64,000 nt of DNA, from the NCBI RefSeq assembly GCF_001194135.2, contig NC_068981.1, forward strand, positions 102,240,324 to 102,304,323, in the 5' to 3' direction. Under the pieces are notes generated by a model, which saw nothing but the letters and a program-made list of their open reading frames with translations, was not told the origin of the DNA and made no database searches. The DNA is from Octopus bimaculoides (taxonomy: Eukaryota). The translations under genes and the position numbers were made by a program. This document shows positions 26,925 through 39,114 of this stretch, piece by piece (the stretch's first letter is position 1; each line of letters begins with the position of its first letter).

Positions 26925-27212
26925 TTATATATGATTTTATCATATGCTCAAGCATGAGAAATAACCATAAACATTCAAGCTCAGTATATTATGTCACATT
27001 AAACTCCAAAATTTCACATTTAAAATACATTTCCTTGTACAATATTGCATATCTTGTGAAATAGGCTATTATGAATGAGATGAACCAAACACATTTGAAA
27101 GAATCACGGAACACAGTTTTAGAGATATTTCAAAAATTCAGTTTCTACAATTGTTTCAATAAGTATAATTTCAAAAAATCCTTGATAATGTAATTCTTAT
27201 ATCTTGTAATTA

Positions 27213-28482
27213 TTGGGTTGGAAACTAAGTTCCCGCTGATTTTTTAAAATTTAAATTTTTAAAAAAGTTTAATAAAAAATAACAACTAATTAATCAATAA
27301 TGTATTCCCCCTTGTTGTTTACAACTTCTTCCCAACGGTCAACAAGATTTTCAATACCTCGTTGGTAGAAATCACCTGATTTCAACTCGAAAAATTGATC
27401 CAATCAAGCTCTCAATTCTGCATCAATATTGAATGAAACTCCATGCATAGCATTTGAAAGAGATTGAAAGAGGTGGAAATCCGTTGGTGCCAAATCAGAA
27501 GAGTATGGTGGGTGTTGCAGCACTTCCTTGGTGATATTGGTGATATGAGGGTGGGAGTTGTCGTGCAGCAGAAGAACTCCATACTACCAATTAGGTCTTT
27601 TCTCTTGAATAGCCATGTTGAGTCGTTCCATCTGTTGAACATAGAGTTCCGCATTGACTGTTTGGTTCCGTTCAAGCAATTCATAATGGATAATCCCTTC
27701 CCAGTCCCACCATACGCACAACATTGTTTTACACAGATGAAGATCTTGTTTCACATGCAGTGTCGCTTGTTTACCGGAGCTAAGCCATTCCTTACGTTGC
27801 TTCATATTGATGTACAGGCACCATGTTTTGTCGCCAGTAATGATTCGGTAAAGAAATCATTGCTTGTGTTCATGATTTGACTGGTGATGAGCAAGCAAAC
27901 CAGTGGAAATTGTGGCTCGTTGATTTTTGTTGTTGTCACTTAAAGCATGCAGAACCCATGCTCCATACTTCTGAACCTTTCCCATCAAGTGAAGATGCTT
28001 CTCTATAGCAGTGTGGAAGCATTCCATTTTCTTTGTCAGTTCCCTTGTTGTTTGACAAGAATTTTCATGCAAAGTTTGGTTTAATCGCCCTTCATTGAGC
28101 TCAACTGGATGGTCAGAACAAGGTACGTTTTTGAGGTCATAATTTCCATTTTCGAACTTGGCATACCAATCACGAGCCATTCTTTCAGCTATGGCACCCT
28201 CTCCATACACAGTACAAATGTCACGAGCAGCTTTTGTGACCTTAGAACCTTGATTAAAAGCAAAAAGGAGGTGTCAAAAATGCTCATTTTTCTTAACTTG
28301 ACATTTCCACTTTAATGATCTGAAAATAAACAAAAATTAACTAAAATTAACTAGAAAAAAAAAAAAAATAGATTCCAAAATGATTCAAAAATAGAATTCT
28401 TGAAAAAAATAGATTCCAAAATTTAAAAATGAAATAAATTCCAAAATTTAAAAAAACCACGGGAACTTAGTTGCCAACCCAA
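27213..28482 (-). mobile_element. Mariner transposon, full length (1270 bp), pseudogenised
   Basis: TA-flanked TIRs TTGGGTTGGAAACTAAGTTCCCG / CGGGAACTTAGTTGCCAACCCAA. Motifs WVLHAL, MLCVWWDWEGIIHYELL, LLHDNSHPH and HPPYSSDLAPTDFHLF. The TIR resembles mellifera-type mariners (from memory). Confidence 0.95.
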
Positions 28483-28494
28483 TATATAAATATG

Positions 28495-29290
28495 CCGTAA
28501 ATCCTCGAGTATAGTCTGCCCTTGAGTATAACACACAGGGGATTTTTAGGGGGCTGTACCTCTGAAAAACCTAAACCTTGTGTATAATACGCACCCTTTC
28601 TCTTACTTGAGTCAAGGAGGTCTATATAACGTCTTTGGTTTGTAAACATATATCCGGTAACGTCCTTTATTATTATTGTATATATAACATAATGCAAACG
28701 TGTAGCTTTTTTGTGCACTTTGCAGAAAATAAAGAAATAGCAGTAATAACGTCAGTGAAAAATAAATATTAAGTAAATTGCCTTTCACATATTTATCACT
28801 ATCAGTTATAAAAGCAAAAGCAAAAACATTTATTCAAATCCTTCAAATTCAACGTCACTTTCAGCATCAAATAACTGTTCCATTTGTTCCTTCGTAAACA
28901 TGTCAGCATCATTGTAGTGTAAATCTCTGTTATCGTCAGATTCATAGTCAACATCAGAAGATTCACATTCATTTATTTCATCTTTCCATACAACGTCATC
29001 CTGAGTACCATCCAGTGCAGACGATAGACAACACTTTTATTTTAATAAATGTTGCTTACTGCAAGTTATGGATGATTCTTTTCTGACTTCATAGCTTTCA
29101 GGCTTAGCTTAAGGTATTTTCGTGCCCGACATCACAAAATGCGTCTGAATAAACATTGCCGGACAGCAAATAGAGACTCGGACATTGCTTAGAAAATATT
29201 TTTCATTTTAACCTTGTATATAGTACACACTAGGGATTTTGACCTTTAAATTTTTGGAAAAAAATGCGGATTATACTCGAGGATTTATGG
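28495..29290 (-). mobile_element. Tc2/pogo-family non-autonomous DNA transposon
   Basis: TIRs CCGTAAATCCTCGAGTATA / TTATACTCGAGGATTTATGG+TA. Retains the transposase C-terminus KCCLSSALDGTQDDVVW and an acidic tail on the minus strand. Confidence 0.85.
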
Positions 29291-29659
29291 TATTGCAATT
29301 ACATAATTACATAAATATGGCTATTATCATATGGTGCATAAAAATTATTGAAACAGCTGTAGTAATTGAATATTGCTGATATAGTCTTCTATTACCTTTT
29401 TCAATACACACACACATTCACACCTACATGGAATAGAATGAGTTAAGAAATAAACAAAATGAAATAATACAGAAGAGTCAACTCTAAAATAATGTAGAAG
29501 ACAGAATTCAACAAAATGAACAGTATTTCAAATGCACCTGTAACAAGATGACACTGTACATGTAAATTAGGTGAATTAACATTGAATTATGCAGCTGTAC
29601 TTTTGTCAATCTGGATATGTGTGAGTGTATATATATCATATATGCATACTTATGTATGT

Positions 29660-30476
29660 ATGTCATTATTCAGTTTATTTCAAGATTTCTTGCCAATAAA
29701 GAACCGGTTTCTAACCTAGATTCAAAGTTCTTTCATTGGACTTTTAATATCAACAACAGGGTATTTTTGTATGTATGCATATATGTGTGTATGCATATAT
29801 GTATGTATGTATGTACGTATGTATGTATGTATGTATGTATGTATTCACAAGCATATAGTTGCATATCTAGACATGCTCATATATATTTAAATGATAAACT
29901 TCTGGAGGTTTTACAGATTTTTACAGTTCCAGTGATAGACTGGATCTGTAGTCTTTGAATTAGATTTCTCTTTTCTGGTTTTGAGAAGCCTAACTTCTCA
30001 AGATTGGTATGTAGGCAGTGTCTTACATATCCCAGGGTCCCAATAATTACAGGTATAAACCTGAACTTGTAATCTGGATAACTTGTAACTGCAGTTTTCT
30101 CAATAGTTCAGCATAGTTGTTCTCTTTTTCACTGATCTTCAGCTTTATGTTAACATCCACTGGGCAGCTAATTTCTACAACTGTACAGTTTCTCTACTCT
30201 ATCCCAAATCATTATATCAAGTCTGTTGTGTTTACATTTTATTGAGGTCTTCACAGGTACATTCCACCAGTATTCCTTTTTATTTTGAGTGGCTATGGCT
30301 TCTACCATATTGTGGGTTTTTATTTCTTTGTCCTCGGGATTATCCTTCTGCCAGATTCCATTATAAAGTGTCCAAGGTACGTCATGTCTCATTGGTAGAT
30401 AACACTGTGATGACGTTTTCAGACAACTGCTTATGATGTAGGTGATATCTTCAGTGTGAACTCCGCAAAGTCTGCA
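29660..30476 (-). mobile_element. REL-endonuclease non-LTR retrotransposon 3' fragment (R4/Dong-, NeSL- or Hero-like)
   Basis: CRLCGVHTEDITYIISSC (CCHC-knuckle remnant), LPMRHDV, NRLDIMIWD (PD..D region) and FIPVIIGTLGYV; 3' UTR with (TACA)n. Confidence 0.8.
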
Positions 30477-30479
30477 TCA

Positions 30480-33400
30480 TCATCATCATTATCATCATCA
30501 TCATCATTTAACGTCCGCTTTCCATGCTAGCATGGGTTGGACGATTTGACTGAGGACTGGTGAACCAGATGGCTACACCAGGCTCCAATCTGATTTGGCA
30601 GAGTTTCTACAGCTAGATGCCCTTCCTAACGCCAACCACTCTGAGAGTGTAGTGGGTGCTTTTACATGCCACCGGCACGATGGCCAGTCAGACGGCACTG
30701 GGCAACGGCCACGCTCAAAATGGTGTATCTTACGTGCCACCTGCACAGGAGCCAGTCCAGCGACACTGGCAATGATCTCACTCAAATATCTTTACNNNNN
30801 NNNNNNNNNNNNNNNNNNNNNNNNNNNNNNNNNNNNNNNNNNNNNNNNNNNNNNNNNNNNNNNNNNNNNNNNNNNNNNNNNNNNNNNNNNNNNNNNNNNN
30901 NNNNNNNNNNNNNNNNNNNNNNNNNNNNNNNNNNNNNNNNNNNNNNNNNNNNNNNNNNNNNNNNNNNNNNNNNNNNNNNNNNNNNNNNNNNNNNNNNNNN
31001 NNNNNNNNNNNNNNNNNNNNNNNNNNNNNNNNNNNNNNNNNNNNNNNNNNNNNNNNNNNNNNNNNNNNNNNNNNNNNNNNNNNNNNNCATACCAGCGCAA
31101 TCGTCTCTCTTGCACACCACAACTGATGCTTCTTAGGTCTAACTTTTCTTTCAAGGTACTTACACTCTGTCGAGTATGCACATTGACATTACACATCCAT
31201 CGGAGCATACTGGCTTCATTCCTTACGAGCTTACACATGCGTCAGCAGTCATGGCCCATGTTTCACTGCCATGAAGCATGGCTGTTCATACACATGCGTC
31301 ATACAGTCTGCCTTTTACTCTGAGTGAGAGGCCCCTTGTCACCAGCAGAGGTAAGAGCTCTCTGAACTTTGCCCAGGCTATTCTTATTCTAGCAGGTACA
31401 CTTTCAGTGCACCCTCCCCCTCTATTAACTTGGTCACCTAGGTAGTGGTAGCTATCAACTAAGTCTAGTCTGGAATGTGGCCAAAGTTCTTTTCTGCACA
31501 TTTTCAGTGTTTATTGCTCCTGAACATCTACCGCATACAAAAACTAACTTCCTAGTTAACCTTCCTTTGATATTGCTGCACCTCTTATGTGTCCATATCT
31601 TGCACTGGGTACATCTTATAGAGCTTCTACCTATGCCTTTTCTACAGATCGAGCAGGGCCATCTACCTGAAGGGGTTTGTGTTTTGTCTACCTTCCTACT
31701 TATTAAGACTTTGGTTTTAGCTAGATTGACTCTAAGTCCCTTCGATTCTAGTCCTTGCTTCTACACCTGAAACTTCTCCTTTAGCTCTGATAGTGACTCA
31801 GCAATTAGTGCAAGGTCATCAGCATAGAGGAGCTCCCAGGGGCATCCTGTCTTGAATTCCTCTGTTATTGCCTGGAGGACTATGGTAAATAGAAGGGGGA
31901 TGAGGACTGAACCTTGGTGGACTTCTACCTCTACCCGGAATTCTTCACTGTACCCGTTGCCAAACCTCACCTTACTGACAGCGTCTCTGTACATGGCTCG
32001 CACAGCTCTCACTAACCATTCTTCTATCCCAAGTTTCCTCATTGACCACCAGATAAGGGATCGGGGGACCCTGTCAAAGGCTTTCTCCATGTCAACGAAA
32101 GCCAGGTACAGAAGTTTATCTTTGGCTAGGTATTTCTCCTGCAGCTGTCTCACTAGAAATATAGCATCAGTGGTGCTTTTCCCTGGAACAAACCCAAACT
32201 GCATCTCATCTAAACTGACTCTCTCCCTAATTAGTTGGGCTATGACCCTCTCCGTGACTTTCATACCTGATCTAACAACTTGATACCTCCGTAATTATTT
32301 GTATCTAAAGCATCACCTTTACCTTTGTAGCCGTTGACAATGGTGCTGCTTCACCAGTCATTGGTATGACTCCTTCATGTAACACCTGGTTAACAATACG
32401 GGTGACTAGGCTATAGCTGACACTGCCAGATATTTTGAGCATCTCTGCAGTGATTCCTGATGGGCCGGGAACTTTCACTGTCTTCATACTCTTAATTTCT
32501 TTATCTACCATGGTACTGTCAACTCGGATAGCTGGTCCCTCTGTTCGGTTGATATTTGGCAGATTCTCTTCCTCCCATTCATTCTCTTTATTGAGCAACC
32601 TTTCATAGTGGTATCTCCAAACCTCTTTCTTTGCAGCCTCATTTAGTCCAAGCGTACCATCATCCATGCAAACACATTTCTCTCCCATGACACCACGATT
32701 CTCTCTCACACACTGTCTTGCAACACGAAATACCTCAAGTCTTTGGTTCTCACGGCGCAGAACATTAACAAACTTTTTCTCATCTGCTTCCCCTCTGGCT
32801 AAATAAACCTGTCGCTTAGCTTCCCTTCTGGCAGTCTGATACAATTCCCTGCTGCCACCGTTCTTCCAGTCCTTACAAGCCTGTTTCTTTTGTCTAATAA
32901 CCTGTTTCTTTTGTCTAATAACCCTGTGAACAACATTGTTCCACCACCACCACCACATTATTTTGGGTCGAGAGGGGATTTTGCACCATCCACAGATCTG
33001 GTCAGTGGCCCTCAGCAGGTTGTTCCATAGAAACGTCCAGTTGACTTCTACATCATGTAAAGCTACATCCCCTTCTATTTCGTCAAAGGCTTTGAGTAAT
33101 AAGTCTCTAAATCTCTGTTCATTTGCAGGATCTTTGAGCTTCAAGACCCTTCTCTTCCAAGCTGGTCGTCTTCTGGGCAACCACTTAGCCCTGATCCTGA
33201 AGTCACTAACTACTAGTCTATGTTGTGGGGTACATTTTTCGCCTGGGAAGGCTTTGGCATTCATAAGCAGCCATCTTTCCCTTTTTCTGGCGAGGATGTA
33301 GTCAATTTGGCTTGTGTGTCTGCCAGAACGGTAGGTGACTAGGTGACTGGCAGGTTTCCTGAAGTTAGTATTGCAAACCATAAAGTCATTTGCATCACAG

Positions 33401-33583
33401 AACTCCAGCAGCCTGGTTCCCTCCTCATTGCAGGAACCAAAACCATAGCCTCCATGTATGCCATTGAAGCCCTCTGAATATTGTCCAACATGACCATTGA
33501 AGTCACCAGCCACAAAGAGAAGGTCCCTGTCATTTGTCAATGAGGTAGTCTGCAAGAAGGCGTCATAAAATCGGTCTTTCTGT

Positions 33584-33586
<3 letters not shown>
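30480..33586 (-). mobile_element. RTE LINE, 5'-truncated ~3.1 kb copy (APE endonuclease + RT), pseudogene
   Basis: APE motifs GDFNGHVG, TNFRKP, SQIDYIL and QHRLVVSDF; RT motifs QFGFVPGKSTTDAIF, AFVDMEKAFDRVPR, HQGSVLIPLLF and LLYADDL; (GAT)n tail. Broken by frameshifts and an N gap. Confidence 0.97.
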
Positions 33587-33620
<34 letters not shown>

Positions 33621-35691
33621 TATAAACACAAATATAACTAGACCTGAATTATTTGGATGAGAAAGAAAGGAACTATTTAGTTCAGATGACTGGTTTGATC
33701 ATAAAGCAAGGAAGCTATAATGAGCATAATTCCATTAAAAACATTCTTTGTTATCAGATATTTTATATAATTCAGTTAGTAAAACACTGGATATTAGTTT
33801 AGATATCTTAACATGTACAGATATTTTCCAATTGAAAATCATGTGATACGTTGAAATATGGAGGTGTAGATTCAAGGAAATATTGCATTACAAAACATAC
33901 ATTTACACGTGTGGACTTAGAAATATATTACAGTGTCATAACCACCAGTACTACCAAAACAGAAGCCATCCTTTGATGAAGGATTGATGCAACCCTCAGT
34001 TGAGATTAAACTAGTGAAGTGATTCTGAAACTGACAAATACTGATTCCCCTCCCCTAATATCAGTGGAATTTTTTGACACCCATTTCCCTCTTTATTAAT
34101 GATTTTGCCTCCATGTAATTTTTCATCCTTTACTAAAGGTGTTTGACAAGCTTAGAAAAATTGGAAGCTATATTAATTTTATTAAATACAAGTCCCAGAA
34201 TTAACTATCTACTTCACTGAAATCAGACAATTTAAAAAAAAAACTCACTTTTATTTATGTTCATCATGTTTACTATGCATTAAAAGTGTATAAAATTTTA
34301 ATTTTGTTTATAATCCTCATATCAGTATTTCTGATATATTTTTTATATAATGGTTTCAATGATTTTCAATAATTCCAATCCCCTTTTAATCAATGTAAAT
34401 AAAAGAAGAAACAGAAGCAGCAGAGTTCAGGTTATGTGCAATATGGTTTGTTAACTTTTCCTGGGTATCTTGAGTTCTTGTTCTCATAATCCAAAACTTA
34501 AATATTTGATGCTTGGACAACTAAGATTTGACTCTGTGTGTATGAATGCATTTCTCTTTCTGTGTAAGCGTGAAAGAGAAAACCTGCTACAAAATATTGT
34601 TAGTACACAGTGTGACATAATTTATTATTATCCTCATCATCTTAAAGATGTTCGGTATTTGATGTGTGAGGAGGAAAAAGTAAGACGACGTGATATATTT
34701 GGAAGGTAGCAAACTACATTGGCTAAATGATTTTAGCATCAAGCAAAACAGCTTGTGATGTTTAATTATAGTCATTCACATTCTGAATTAAATACCTGCT
34801 AAGGTGTGATTTGTCTTTTAATTTACCAGGATTGATAAAATAAAATACCAGTGAAGTAATGGGTCCATTTGTGATCTGCTACCAACATTAGACAGCAGTA
34901 TTTGCAAACTTAAACTTGCACTTGTGGAACCGAGTTTAGAACTCAGCAAGGATTAGTTACTGCATCCAGGTATTGACTTATATTCTGTAAGGAACAGAAT
35001 TCTTATAGGAAAGACCCAGGTGAAATACGAGTATGTAATTTTATATAAAATCTGCCCAAATGATTAAAACAAAGCAGTTTTGATGATCTTAGTGGTATGA
35101 CAATAAGTAAAAAGAAATCAATTCAAATAAAGAATATATTCTACAGCAAGCATTGGGCAGACTCGTTCCCTTTTACTGAGGAATTATGGCTTGGCTCTCC
35201 ATCTGTTATGATGACAAGTGTTTTAAGTTGATCCAATGAATGGAACAGCCTGCTCATGAAATTAAAATGCAATTGGCTGAGCATGTATACACCTTTAACA
35301 TCAAGGAGATTTAACTTGACACAGAATGAGACAATGCTGGCCCTTTGAAATACAGGCACCACTCATTTTTGATAGATGAACTGGAGCAATGGGAAAAATA
35401 AAATGCCTTACTCAAGGATGCAACACACCCTTGGGAATCAAACTCATGACCTTACGATTATGAGCTGAATATCCTAACAATAAAGCCATCATATACCACA
35501 TTTGCTCACAAGGCTTGGCCAACCAAACCTTGTGAGTGAATTTGGTACTGTATGTATATGCAAGTGTGACAGACTGGCATCCCATCCAGATGGGGAACCT
35601 ATATGCCAATGAAACTGAGAAACTGGCCTTTATGAGCCAGGCATGGCTCAAGAAGGAACAAACAACAACAACAGCAACAACAATGTATATA

Positions 35692-35908
35692 CAAGGGGGT
35701 GTTGAAAAGTTTCTGGCTTTGGGTAAAAGAAAATACAGGAGGAGCAGTTAATAATTATTTTATTCAACATATTCCCCTCAGATTAACACACTTATCACAG
35801 TGGTCCTTCAGTTTTTCTAAGCCCTGTAAAAGAACTCAGAAGGTTGGGCTTCCAATCAGGCCTTTTGTGATACCCTTATAGCCAGAAACTTGTAAGTACC
35901 CTCTTACA
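35692..35908. mobile_element. Mariner-derived MITE
   Basis: TA+CAAGGGGGTGTTGAAAAGTTTCTGGCT ... AGCCAGAAACTTGTAAGTACCCTCTT; homologous to 15958-16146. Confidence 0.7.
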
Positions 35909-35992
35909 TACACCCCCACACACACATACACACACACACACACATATCTATACGTTATATTTTTGTATGTATATATATCCATCTACTTAACA

Positions 35993-36042
<50 letters not shown>

Positions 36043-36549
36043 ATATACACACATATATACATAAATACACACATACAAGCAGATATATTCGCAAACACAT
36101 ATACCATGCATATATACACAGATATTCATACATATATATTCAGATCCATACAACCACAGGCACACAATAGGATAATCAACTTCATTAATATTGTTATACA
36201 TATATGTGTGTGTGTGTTGATATTTTAACTGTAATTTAATGCATCACATCAGCACACAAAAAACAAAATCTTAGCATTATATACTTAAAAGTACAAAGGC
36301 AAATGTGTGAAGAAATATGAAATATTCATAATTTAATAATAACTGAAAAGAGATCAGTTTATATCGTCTAGCACAGCATTTAATCACAAAGAATTGATGC
36401 CCATAATGCAATACCTATAAATAATTGGCACACAGTTTTATTGACACATCTTTTGAATTCATTTAATGAATGAATAGAATATCTAACTGCCATTTCAACA
36501 CAAACTGGAAACAGACATATAAGTTGTTACAAAATCCAACAGAAAACCC

Positions 36550-36584
<35 letters not shown>

Positions 36585-36984
36585 ATATATGTGAATTGGG
36601 TGGGTGGTGGTAAAATTTCAAGGTATTTCAAATAAATATGCAATGTGCTAACCATATTGTTGAAATAGATGATTCCATGTGCTTTAAAAATTTGAAACCA
36701 CACACACATATACACACACACACAGAAGCTACATATTCTGGCTATCAGTTGTGTGTGTGTGCATGTGTTTTATTTTGAATGAGAAACTCATACATACATG
36801 TTGAAATTCCTGGTGAAGCATATTATTCACTGAGTAATTATGTATTAAAGCAAAAACTGGAATTTATGGAACTACATTAATACTGTAGTTACTCATGTTT
36901 CATTACAATGTTATTTTCAGACTATGTCTCAAGATTTATACATTGGAAAAGATCTAAATGTATGTATATACTTTATGAATTTAT

Positions 36985-37345
36985 TCTTTTACTTGTTTCA
37001 CTCATTAGATTGCAGCTATGCTGGGGAATCACCTTGAATAATTTTAACTGAATGATTCAACACCAGTATACATTTAAAAAAATTTTTTATTAAGCCTGGT
37101 ACTTATTTGGTTGGTCTCTTTTGCTGAACCACTAAGTTATGTGGATGTAAACATAGCAACACCAGTTGTCAAGCAGTGGTGGGAAACAAACACACACACA
37201 CACACACACACATGATGGGCTTCCTTCAGTTTCCGTCTACCAAATCCACTCACAAGGCTTTGGTTGGCCAGAGGCTGTAGTTGAAGACAGCTGCCCAAGG
37301 TGCCACACACAGGACCATGTAGCTAGGAAACAAGCTTCTTACCAC
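36985..37345 (-). mobile_element. tRNA-derived SINE, family A
   Basis: Reverse-complement match to 47077-47485. Confidence 0.7.
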
Positions 37346-37389
37346 ACAGCCAATCCTGTTCCTATCATTATATCTATATTATTATTGAT

Positions 37390-37600
37390 TTTAAATTTTG
37401 GCACAAGGCCACCAGTTTTTACAGGAAGGGGTAAGTTGATTACACCGACCCCAGTTCTTAGCTGGTACTTAATTTATTGACCCCGAAACGATAAAAGGCA
37501 AAGTCACCCTCAGTGGAATTTGAATTCAGAACATAAAGATGGCCGAAATGCCACTAAGTGTTTTGCCTGACATATTACTAATTCTGTCAGCTTGCTGCCT
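37390..37600 (-). mobile_element. tRNA-derived SINE, family B
   Basis: Reverse complement of the family B core (AAAGGCAAAGTCACCCTCAGTGGAATTTGAATTCAGAAC). Confidence 0.7.
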
Positions 37601-38977
37601 TTATATTACTATCTTTATATTAATATCTGTATTCATGAAATGCACTTCCCTTCTTATAATGAAATATATAAAACTACAGTTTTCATATAGTACCATAAAT
37701 TGCAGTCTGTTTTAATATATATCATCATACTCATCATCATTTAATATCCATTTTCCATGCTCACATGGGCTGGACGGTTTGGCTAGAGCTAGCCAGCTGG
37801 AGAGCTGCACCAGGTCCCAGTCATGATGAGTTCTGGCATCGTTTCAATGGCTGTCCAAAACAAATCATCATCATCATTATCACTTAAGGTCTATGTTCCA
37901 TGCTGGCATACAGTGGACAGCTTCACAGAATCCAGTGCACCTAAGGACTGCATTGTGTCCCAGTGTCTACTTTTAGAATGGTTTCTATGGCTGCATGCCC
38001 TTCCTGTGGCCAACACTTTACAGCATGGCCTGGGAACCCTATTTGCATCACCTGCACAGTTGAGATCATTATGCTGCTCACAGGCCTACAAAACCTAAGG
38101 GAACATGGGAAAGGGTTACCTTCATGGTAAAGGATGACAAGATTACCATATATATATATATACATATATATATATACATATANNNNNNNNNNNNNNNNNN
38201 NNNNNNNNNNNNNNNNNNNNNNNNNNNNNNNNNNNNNNNNNNNNNNNNNNNNNNNNNNNNNNNNNNNNNNNNNNNNNNNNNNNNNNNNNNNNNNNNNNNN
38301 NNNNNNNNNNNNNNNNNNNNNNNNNNNNNNNNNNNNNNNNNNNNNNNNNNNNNNNNNNNNNNNNNNNNNNNNNNNNNNNNNNNNNNNNNNNNNNNNNNNN
38401 NNNNNNNNNNNNNNNNNNNNNNNNNNNNNNNNNNNNNNNNNNNNNNNNNNNNNNNNNNNNNNNNNNNNNNNNNNNNNNNNNNNNNNNNNNNNNNNNNNNN
38501 NNNNNNNNNNNNNNNNNNNNNNNNNNNNNNNNNNNNNNNNNNNNNNNNNNNNNNNNNNNNNNNNNNNNNNNNNNNNNNNNNNNNNNNNNNNNNNNNNNNN
38601 NNNNNNNNNNNNNNNNNNNNNNNNNNNNNNNNNNNNNNNNNNNNNNNNNNNNNNNNNNNNNNNNNNNNNNNNNNNNNNNNNNNNNNNNNNNNNNNNNNNN
38701 NNNNNNNNNNNNNNNNNNNNNNNNNNNNNNNNNNNNNNNNNNNNNNNNNNNNNNNNNNNNNNNNNNNNNNNNNNNNNNNNNNNNNNNNNNNNNNNNNNNN
38801 NNNNNNNNNNNNNNNNNNNNNNNNNNNNNNNNNNNNNNNNNNNNNNNNNNNNNNNNNNNNNNNNNNNNNNNNNNNNNNNNNNNNNNNNNNNNNNNNNNNN
38901 NNNNNNNNNNNNNNNNNNNNNNNNNNNNNNNNNNNNNNNNNNNNNNNNNNNNNNNNNNNNNNNNNNNNNNNNNNNNN

Positions 38978-39012
<35 letters not shown>

Positions 39013-39064
39013 TACCTATATATATACATACCTATATATTTGTATGTATATATATGTATGTGCG

Positions 39065-39114
<50 letters not shown>

